NCBI GenBank assembly: GCA_043718395.1
Contig: JAYSVS010000211.1
Location: forward strand, 1,166 to 65,165
Direction of reading: 5' to 3'
Length of the DNA stretch: 64,000 nt
Origin: Acidobacteriota bacterium
GTDB taxonomy: Bacteria; Acidobacteriota; Terriglobia; Bryobacterales; Bryobacteraceae
Positions 58,501 to 64,000 of the stretch are shown one piece after another; positions within the stretch are counted from its first letter, which is position 1, and each line of letters starts with the position of its first letter. The notes beneath the pieces were generated by a model that did no database searches, was not told the DNA's origin, and worked only from the letters and a program-made list of their open reading frames with translations. A program made the translations under genes and the position numbers.

Positions 58501-58677
58501 CACCAGGCCCTCTTTGGTATCCAGCCGCAACTTTGCCATTCGGGTGGCTTCGTCCGGTCCGTGGCATTGAAAGCAGGCGTCAGAGAGGATGGGCCTCACT
58601 TCGCGAAGAAAATCTACCGGCTTGGGAGCGGCTGACACTGTCGCGGCGAAGAGTAAAAAGAGGCAGTAGTAAAACAT
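55600..58677 (-). CDS. Double-CxxCH protein of PSCyt1 + DUF1549 + LamG-like insert + DUF1553 type
   Basis: Signal MFYYCLFLLFAATVSA, then ACFQCHGPD (CxxCH) ... KMPPPH, then GCARCHDHKYDPI (second CxxCH). The insert spans residues ~405-605 and ends in FDDLRIYNRPITQLEAHQL (LamG-like). Confidence 0.85.
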   Translation of the reverse strand: MFYYCLFLLFAATVSAAPKPVDFLREVRPILSDACFQCHGPDEATRMAKLRLDTKEGLVAKASQIAARVTETRAARKMPPPHAKVQLAEAQISTLKRWVDEGANWQEHWSFVAPKAPAIPAVQLTKWPRTDIDRFVLARLEQEKLKPSPEADKPTLLRRLSLDLNGLPPTPQELDQYLADKSASAYEKQVDRLLASPRFGEKLALHWLDLARYADTHGYHIDSHRDMWPWRDWLIGAFNRNMPYDQFTVWQLAGDMLPNATREQIVASGFNRNHVINYEGGAIPEEYQTEYVIDRVEATSTTWLGLTVGCARCHDHKYDPIKQKDFYRLYAFFNNIEEKGLDGQKGNAAPFLKLPTITQDTLEKEMTQAIAAREKQLEDARIPKLMEEWEKTKLARIATPSRQGLLAHYEMEGNFNESSGTYRHGRFLGIPPTANDGPIGQAALLDSSARIEVPAPETFSEDKPFSLAFWFRGGNKLEPMTILSKKDKAGIEIGNDEVFSIGDRQRGAHLLVQLTASNGEAVNYSSKSPFPYSDFTHFTLNHKGKGDFELLVNGQPVELITSGAKREINFTSDAPFLFAKMIGSFDDLRIYNRPITQLEAHQLAVVEPVRYLLFHSGIKRNKTQSATLRDFYLKYDAAEDNQKLFARLNQLKAEKKELDEQIPSSMVMKELDKPRDSFILNRGQYDQKAEKVDAATPGFLPPMPASLPRNRLGLAQWLTAKDHPLTSRVAVNRFWSMYFGNGLVKTVEDFGSQGEMPSHAELLDYLATSFADSNWDVKKLQKQIVMSAVYRQSSNVSPDLKERDPENRLLARMSRFRVQAELVRDNALAVSGLLNDEIGGRSVLPYQPPGLWEEVAYGAQFSAQRYVQSHGKDLYRRGMYSFWKRTLPPASLAIFDAPDREKCLARRATTNTPLQALALWNDVTYLEAARKLAERSLREAGSDSTKRIRYMFRLATARYPNLQELKLLTSTTEAQLAEYKADPDAARKLIQAGESKVETKDPIELATWMSIASAILNLDEVLTKE

Positions 58678-58714
58678 AGATCCCTGTGATTCAAGCTATC
58701 ACAGGGATCTATGT
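58671..58714 (-). terminator. 17-bp perfect inverted repeat plus U-tract; candidate terminator/attenuator hairpin that sequesters the SD and AUG of the downstream gene
   Basis: ACATAGATCCCTGTGAT (58674-58690) and ATCACAGGGATCTATGT (58698-58714) are exact reverse complements around the loop TCAAGCT. On the minus strand the 3' arm contains AGGGA and the ATG (58677-58675) of the 55600-58677 gene, followed by UUU. Confidence 0.55.
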
Positions 58715-58733
58715 CTACTTCGCTCAGATATTG

Positions 58734-60860
58734 CTACTTCACTATGACTTTAACGCTCTGCGAGGCACTGAGGCCGACGGAGTTGGTAGCCCTGAAAGTG
58801 ATCGTGTGCTCACCCGCAGCGAGACCCTTGGCGAGTATGTCTGTGCCAGTGCCTATTGGACCGGAGATGCTCGAAGTCCAGACTAACCGCGAATCGGGGA
58901 AGCCATGATCCTGGACGTCTTCGACTTCAGCGGAGAGTCTTAGGTCCTGACCGAGTTTGAGGTCAGGGCTTTTCAGATCTTCAACATAAACTTCCGGGGC
59001 CTTGAACGGCACGATGAATGCTTTGCTGTCGACCGCTGCGGCACGGATACCGTCGGTTGCCGTGATACGGATGCGGGCGTTTAGTCCGCCAGGAAGAAAA
59101 GAGAAATCCTCACTCCATTTTGGTTCGGAGATATCCGCAGCAAGTACAATCCATTCGCTGGTTGGGCTGTCGCTCTGGGGATTGTACTCAACTAGATAGT
59201 TCAAGGATTTGCCGCTCGAGGTGCTGGCTGTCCACGTGATGTCTTTGGCCCCATCGACACTTGCACCCGCATCGGAGAATACGGCGCTGACGACGGGATC
59301 TGTCTCTGCTACGGCAGATTCCCAAAGGATGGCGATTTTGTTTGCGTCAGCAGGATCGCGACGAATAATTTGAAGTTTGACAGCCCTTTCCGGAAACCGC
59401 ATAGCGCCGGTGAAGGGAGCATTTTCAATGGTAGTAGGCGGATTGGACTGCACAAAGAAGCTGGCATTGACACGCTGTGTAGCTACTACGGCATTGTCTA
59501 CGGCGAGCGCACGCAGCATCAGATTTCCTACAGAATCAACGGGGATGTCCGTGCCCTGATAGCTGTACCAGGGGTCTTTCTTGACTTCATCTTTTTTATT
59601 CAAAAAGCCTGAAAAAAACAAGAGACGCTCTGGGGATGAGGCGCTGCGAACGATTCCGGCTTTGGTTGGCGCAACCGCAGATTCTGGTGCGAGGGCCTTG
59701 AACAGCGTAGAGTAAACCTCCGGGCTAGTCCAGAAGTTGGATTGTCTGCCGCCCGATCCCATCCAGCAAGCCATGTCCCCAAGCGCACCCCGGCCGTTGA
59801 CTTCGTAGCCGCGGGCTGCTTCTGGAATCAACGTGGCACTCACCGATGGGAATGCTGTCTTGCCAGCAGTACAACTAGTCGTCTTATCTCTATCTTCCCA
59901 GTCTTTGCCTGAATAGCCGTCTGGCGCAGGATTGATCTTGCAGTTGAGGCTACCACCGTCATAGGTATCGCCAGCCATGTAAATATGCGCAATTTCGTGT
60001 GGAACAGTTGCTTCCATGTCTTCGTCGCTGGCAACAACGATATTCGTAGGACGACCGTAGGTATAGCCCTGTAACTTGCCGTTTGGATAACCGTCGGGAC
60101 GATCTGGGATAAATCCGACAACCAAATCGAAGCAACCGGAGGCCTTAGGATTAGCAGCGCACTTCTGGGGTACCAGGTTCGTCAAGCCTTCCCATATACC
60201 AAGCCGCCCAGCATCGGTTTCGAGATCGTACTTGGCGTCGGTACCATCGAATTCGTCTTGGATATCCCAATCGATACCGTCGGCGGCGACCGGATAGACG
60301 CTCTGCAAATAACTCACCGCCGTCTTCCACTTGTTGTCTCTGACGGTTACGATTTTTCCAGCGTAGTTGGCCCTAACCGGTTTGACCAGAATGCGCAGTT
60401 TCATTCGCGTCCTGAATTCGTAAGCCGTACCAGCCGTGGACCTTGTAACGCCATTCACCATCACGCCGAATGTATAGTTGCCCGCTGCCCAGTTTCTGCA
60501 AGCCTCGCGCGTCGGGCATAAAAACTCTACAACTTTAACGGGAGCATCATAAGCCTTGGCTAGAAGCTCAAAAGCATCTGCGCCTTCACGCTGCACTGTG
60601 AGTTTCGTTTGTGATGGATTAACCGTCACTTCACCATCGAGAAAGGCTCTAACTACAGTGTCTTTGCCGGCGACGAAGTCGAGCGCACCATTAAACTGCT
60701 TGCCGAGTGCTTGATTGACTTCGATTTCTGAAATCGCAGCGGTCTGCGCGAGAGCAACAGAGGGGAGAAAAAGAATGGAAAAAAGAAAGAGGATAGTATG
60801 CCGCTTGGCATATGCTTTAGGGTCTTGTACGAAAGGATAATGCATTCTTATCACTATCAT
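58734..60860 (-). CDS. Secreted hypothetical protein with an HExxH zinc-peptidase-like motif and C-terminal Ig-like domains
   Basis: The signal-like segment is KRHTILFLFSILFLPSVALAQ. The motif is TVPHEIAHIYMAGDTYDGG (HExxH followed by D.Y, as in M6/M64-like enzymes). The C-terminal half is beta-rich. The start is ambiguous between 60860 and 60845. Confidence 0.6.
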   Translation of the reverse strand: MIVIRMHYPFVQDPKAYAKRHTILFLFSILFLPSVALAQTAAISEIEVNQALGKQFNGALDFVAGKDTVVRAFLDGEVTVNPSQTKLTVQREGADAFELLAKAYDAPVKVVEFLCPTREACRNWAAGNYTFGVMVNGVTRSTAGTAYEFRTRMKLRILVKPVRANYAGKIVTVRDNKWKTAVSYLQSVYPVAADGIDWDIQDEFDGTDAKYDLETDAGRLGIWEGLTNLVPQKCAANPKASGCFDLVVGFIPDRPDGYPNGKLQGYTYGRPTNIVVASDEDMEATVPHEIAHIYMAGDTYDGGSLNCKINPAPDGYSGKDWEDRDKTTSCTAGKTAFPSVSATLIPEAARGYEVNGRGALGDMACWMGSGGRQSNFWTSPEVYSTLFKALAPESAVAPTKAGIVRSASSPERLLFFSGFLNKKDEVKKDPWYSYQGTDIPVDSVGNLMLRALAVDNAVVATQRVNASFFVQSNPPTTIENAPFTGAMRFPERAVKLQIIRRDPADANKIAILWESAVAETDPVVSAVFSDAGASVDGAKDITWTASTSSGKSLNYLVEYNPQSDSPTSEWIVLAADISEPKWSEDFSFLPGGLNARIRITATDGIRAAAVDSKAFIVPFKAPEVYVEDLKSPDLKLGQDLRLSAEVEDVQDHGFPDSRLVWTSSISGPIGTGTDILAKGLAAGEHTITFRATNSVGLSASQSVKVIVK

Positions 60861-60952
60861 CGGTCAAAATTGAAAGTTCTGTAGTGGTTTGAGCGCTTCG
60901 AAGAGAATGCGAATCGAAGGGTGGGGGTGAACAACCAAATGGATCATTTAGT

Positions 60953-61028
60953 TGGTGAGTCGGGCGGGGCTCGAACCCGCGACCACCGCATTAAAAGTGC
61001 GATGCTCTACCAACTGAGCTACCGACTC
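60953..61028 (-). tRNA. tRNA-Lys (anticodon UUU), CCA encoded
   Basis: The reverse complement reads GAGTCGG-TA-GCTC-AGTTGGTA-GAGC-A-TCGCA-CTTTTAA-TGCGG-TGGTC-GCGGG-TTCGAGC-CCCGC-CCGACTC-A-CCA. It folds into a full cloverleaf of 76 nt with a TTT anticodon. Confidence 0.92.
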
Positions 61029-61056
61029 AACTGACAAATAGTAGTATAGCAAGACA

Positions 61057-62085
61057 GTGATGAAAGTTGGATTGATTGGCACGGGCGCGATTGCAAATAA
61101 GCATGCGCAGGCATACAAGAATATCGGTTACGAAATTGTAGCCATTAGCAACAAAACGGCAGAGCGCGGGCGAGCATTTGCCGCGCAGTGGGGAGGCGAG
61201 TTCTTTCCAGACTGGAAAGACGTCTGCCGGCATCCTGAAGTCGACTTTGTCGACCTCTGCACCTTCCCCGATGTGAGGCTTGAGCCGCTCAAGGTAGCTG
61301 CCGACGCAGGCAAGCATGTGCAGGTGCAGAAGCCGATTGCAATCAATGTGGCGACTGCTGAAGAAATGATCGCTTACACAAAAGCGAAGGGTGTGAAGCT
61401 GAGCGTCGTGAGCCAGGGTAGGTTCAACGATTCGATTCAGTTCCTCAAGAAGGCGATTGGGGCAGGGCGGCTGGGCAAGATTTTCCAGGCTGATGCGTAC
61501 GTCAAATGGTGGCGCAGCGAAGAGTATTATTCGCGGCCGGTCAAGGGCAGTTGGGCCGTCGAAGGTGGGGGATCCCTGATCAATCAGGGCATCCATCAAG
61601 TGGACTGGTTGCTCTACATAATGGGAGATGTAAAGCAGGTCTTTGGGCAGTGGCATCTGGGCGTGCGGCACAAAATTGAGAGCGACGATGTTTTGAGCGC
61701 CTTGCTCCGGTTTGTCAATGACGCGACGGGCGTGATCCAGACCTCGACCGCAATGTGGCCAGGCTTTACAGAACGAATTGAACTTCATGGCACCAAGGGT
61801 TCCGCGATTTTGTCCGGTGATCGTCTGACACGATGGGAAGTGTTGGACGACGCGGGGGATCCGGCACCTGTGGCCGCAGACGTTTCCAGCGGGTCAAGCG
61901 ATCCGATGGCAATTTCTCTTGTGCCGTTTGAGCGCGCCTTTCTTGATTTTGGAGAGGCGATCCGCACGGGCCGAAGCCCGATGATCAGTGGCGAAGAAGG
62001 ATTGCGGGCACTGGAGCTGGTGCAGTCGATCTACACCAGTGCCCGGGAAAATCGGCCAGTGAGGATTGGTAACCAAAATGGGTAA
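61057..62085 (+). CDS. Gfo/Idh/MocA family NAD(P)-dependent oxidoreductase
   Basis: MMKVGLIGTGAIANKHAQAY is the Rossmann G.G..G motif. VQKPIA, AEEMI and GSLINQGIHQVDWLLYIMG match the family. The start is either the GTG at 61057 or the ATG at 61060. Confidence 0.85.
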   Translation: MMKVGLIGTGAIANKHAQAYKNIGYEIVAISNKTAERGRAFAAQWGGEFFPDWKDVCRHPEVDFVDLCTFPDVRLEPLKVAADAGKHVQVQKPIAINVATAEEMIAYTKAKGVKLSVVSQGRFNDSIQFLKKAIGAGRLGKIFQADAYVKWWRSEEYYSRPVKGSWAVEGGGSLINQGIHQVDWLLYIMGDVKQVFGQWHLGVRHKIESDDVLSALLRFVNDATGVIQTSTAMWPGFTERIELHGTKGSAILSGDRLTRWEVLDDAGDPAPVAADVSSGSSDPMAISLVPFERAFLDFGEAIRTGRSPMISGEEGLRALELVQSIYTSARENRPVRIGNQNG

Positions 62086-63010
62086 TTGGTGGCACCTTCG
62101 GGTGCCTGCCTCAAGCGCTAATCTGGGGCCTGGTTTTGATGCGCTCGGCCTCGCCTTGAGCCCGTATCTTGAGTGCCGGTTCCGCCGGGCAGACAACCTC
62201 ACCATTCGCGCAACTGGCCGGGATGCAGATCTGATTTCAATCGGCGAGGACAATCTGATCTGGCAAACAGCGCTGACCGTAGCCCAGCATACTGGCGATG
62301 CGATGCCTGCCGTTGAGCTCGAAGTCCACAATGAAATCCCTCTTGGAAAAGGCCTTGGCTCAAGCGCAGCCGCGCTCACAGCAGGCGTGATTCTGGCTGA
62401 CGTCATGTTAGAGCTGCACTGGAAGCAGCACCGGATTCTGGATGAAGCGGCCCGGATTGAGGGCCATCCAGACAATGTGGCCGCTTGTGTTTTGGGTTCG
62501 ATTGTCGCAAGCGCGATTGATTCCAGCGGAATGACTCGTGCCGTAAGGCTTGAGTTCCCTCCTAGCTTCGAAGTGGCCGTTGTCGTGCCCGACTTTCCGC
62601 TCCCAACCCATGAGGCTCGCGCTGTGCTTCCAGATTCATATTCAAAAGCCGATGCAGTCTTTAATGTGCAACGCTCTGCCCTGCTCATTGCCGCCCTGGC
62701 GACAGGTACGATTTCTGCTTTTCCGGCTGCGCTCGAAGACCGTTTGCATCAACCTTACCGCCAGAAGTTAGTGCCAGGCCTGGAGGAAATTCTTCGCTTG
62801 CGCGCACCAGGTCTGCTTGGCTGCTGCTTAAGCGGAGCAGGACCAAGTATTCTGGTCTTCTTTGAAAAGGGCCACGATGGAGTTGTTCGCCATGTACAGC
62901 AGATATTTGAAGCCCACGGCCACGCTGCTGAAATTCTTGATTCGATAGTGGACCGTCAGGGCTTTCAACTCACGGAGGAAATCGTTTTATGCGACGTCGC
63001 GAAGTATTGA
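62078..63010 (+). CDS. thrB: Homoserine kinase
   Basis: LRVPASSANLGPGFDALGLAL and the GHMP motif PLGKGLGSSAAA are present, with the C-terminal GAGPSILVF. The ATG at 62078 overlaps the upstream stop (ATGGGTAA). Confidence 0.85.
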   Translation: MGNWWHLRVPASSANLGPGFDALGLALSPYLECRFRRADNLTIRATGRDADLISIGEDNLIWQTALTVAQHTGDAMPAVELEVHNEIPLGKGLGSSAAALTAGVILADVMLELHWKQHRILDEAARIEGHPDNVAACVLGSIVASAIDSSGMTRAVRLEFPPSFEVAVVVPDFPLPTHEARAVLPDSYSKADAVFNVQRSALLIAALATGTISAFPAALEDRLHQPYRQKLVPGLEEILRLRAPGLLGCCLSGAGPSILVFFEKGHDGVVRHVQQIFEAHGHAAEILDSIVDRQGFQLTEEIVLCDVAKY

Positions 63011-63570
63011 GCCTGACAGCCTCTCTGCCACTGCTTGGGCAAGAGAAGAAGCTGCGTCTCATTGTGAAAATTGAAACGGAAATGGGTGAGATCCTGGTGG
63101 CGCTCAGTGGAGATCGGGCTCCAAAGACAGTTGAGAATTTTCTGCGCTATGTCGACGCGGGGCTCTACGATGGCGGCGTTTTTCACCGCGCGGTTCAGCC
63201 CGGCAATCAGCCGCAAAGCCCGGTGAAGATTGAGGTGATCCAGGGCGGGCCAAATCCCGAAAAGAAGCAAAGCTATCCGCCAATCGAGTTGGAGCGAACC
63301 AAGTTAACTGGTTTGAAGCACATTAATGGTGCCATCTCGATGGCGCGCTCAGGCCCGGACACGGCGACAGCTGACTTCTTCTTTTGCATTGGCAATCAGC
63401 CGGAACTCGATTTCGGTGGCAAGCGCAATCCCGATGAGCAAGGATTCGCTGCTTTCGGCTTGGCCTTAAAGGGGCTTGATGTAATCCGCAAGATTCAACA
63501 ATCGCCAGTGACCGCGCAGAAGCTTACGCCTTCAGTGAAGATCCTGCGGATTGCCCGGGTGGATGGATAG
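62989..63570 (+). CDS. Cyclophilin-type peptidyl-prolyl cis-trans isomerase, probably exported
   Basis: GVFHRAV...IQGG and GAISMARSGPDTATADFFFCIG match the cyclophilin core. The N-terminus MRRREVLSLTASLPLLG looks like a signal. The gene overlaps the thrB 3' end by 22 nt. Confidence 0.8.
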   Translation: MRRREVLSLTASLPLLGQEKKLRLIVKIETEMGEILVALSGDRAPKTVENFLRYVDAGLYDGGVFHRAVQPGNQPQSPVKIEVIQGGPNPEKKQSYPPIELERTKLTGLKHINGAISMARSGPDTATADFFFCIGNQPELDFGGKRNPDEQGFAAFGLALKGLDVIRKIQQSPVTAQKLTPSVKILRIARVDG

Positions 63571-63862
63571 AATCGGCTACCGTGCGCACTTCATCGGCCT
63601 CAAAGTCCCGCCCATGGGCACGAAAATAGTCTTCCAGCATCTGGTAAATTTCAAGGTCTTTTGGGTTCATGCGCAGTGCCTCGTGACACCAACTTTGAAA
63701 CGCCCGTACCTCATCGATTTGCAGGCTAAGCTTGGCGAGCAGTTTAGCAATTCCAGCACTTTCTTTGCCGCCTTCAACTGCTTCTTCGAGCAGAAAAATC
63801 GCGTCGCCTACTTTACCTTCAGCCAGTAGAATTTGAGCTTCTTCTAGAAAATGTTCCGGCAT
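63524..63862 (-). CDS. Hypothetical helical (TPR-like) protein
   Basis: A 112-aa ORF. AQILLAEGKVGDAIFLLEEAVE...AGIAKLLAKLSLQIDEVRAF is helical-repeat-like. No specific family was recognised. Confidence 0.4.
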   Translation of the reverse strand: MPEHFLEEAQILLAEGKVGDAIFLLEEAVEGGKESAGIAKLLAKLSLQIDEVRAFQSWCHEALRMNPKDLEIYQMLEDYFRAHGRDFEADEVRTVADSIHPPGQSAGSSLKA

Positions 63863-64000
63863 CAGTCTTTCCGAAGTTCAAAGCTTCCCTGAAAGCGAAT
63901 ATACGGATCGGTACTACGCAAGATCTGTGTCCCAACCAGTTTGTCGCCATCGATAACCGCCTTGTATTCCTCGACGATGTGGCGTGGATCGCTGGTCAGA
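63862..64000 (-). CDS. 3' end of an unidentified CDS running out of the window
   Basis: The minus-strand frame is open from the window edge (...PRHIVEEYKAVIDGDKLVGTQILRSTDPYIRFQGSFELRKD) to the TGA at 63864-63862. That stop shares one nucleotide with the ATG of the downstream gene (TGATG). No family was recognised. Confidence 0.3.
   Translation of the reverse strand, partial: LTSDPRHIVEEYKAVIDGDKLVGTQILRSTDPYIRFQGSFELRKD

Noticed and set aside
61027-61788. A 253-aa ORF on the minus strand.
   Set aside because: It is antisense to the clearly recognisable Gfo/Idh/MocA oxidoreductase gene and overlaps the tRNA-Lys gene. It has no recognisable motif and is a typical shadow ORF of G+C-rich coding DNA.
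61894-62688. A 264-aa ORF on the minus strand.
   Set aside because: It is antisense to thrB. Its S/A/R-rich low-complexity translation has no motif, whereas the + frame has unambiguous homoserine-kinase motifs.

Overview
This 64-kb chromosomal segment has gene content typical of Acidobacteriota, probably a Solibacter/Bryobacter-like lineage. The markers are carboxypeptidase-regulatory-type TonB-dependent receptors of about 1100 aa, PEP-CTERM and NHL proteins, and Planctomycete-type PSCyt/PSD families. I support about 46 protein-coding genes, one tRNA-Lys(UUU), a few hairpin terminators and one short tandem repeat. I found no rRNA, CRISPR array, transposase or integrase. Region 1-20.3 kb holds two giant TonB-dependent receptors flanking a PBP-like/SpoIID/HExxH fusion gene, then peptidase, amidohydrolase, DinB, fasciclin and aldo-keto reductase genes, and an orphan pair of MacB-type permeases. 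Region 20.3-32 kb is a mixed accessory-looking stretch. It holds an orphan Flp pilin, a sulfatase, a REC-XRE regulator, a glycosyltransferase, an RRM protein, a mini-RNase-III-like gene, a VapBC module, an AlkD-like gene, a BBE-type FAD oxidase and a large P-loop/OmpR-wHTH regulator. It also contains about 1.6 kb of gene-poor, compositionally odd DNA. Region 32-58.7 kb is the most interesting part. It holds four tightly coupled pairs, each a giant double-CxxCH protein plus a twin-arginine partner: two DUF1592-type/DUF1552 pairs and two DUF1549-DUF1553/DUF1501 pairs. These are interleaved with a third TonB-dependent receptor, a matrixin, an NHL protein and a PEP-CTERM protein. Region 58.7-64 kb holds a lower-GC HExxH secreted protein abutting tRNA-Lys, then housekeeping genes (Gfo/Idh/MocA oxidoreductase, thrB, cyclophilin). 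All functional calls rest on motif recognition by eye. No database search or numerical computation was run.
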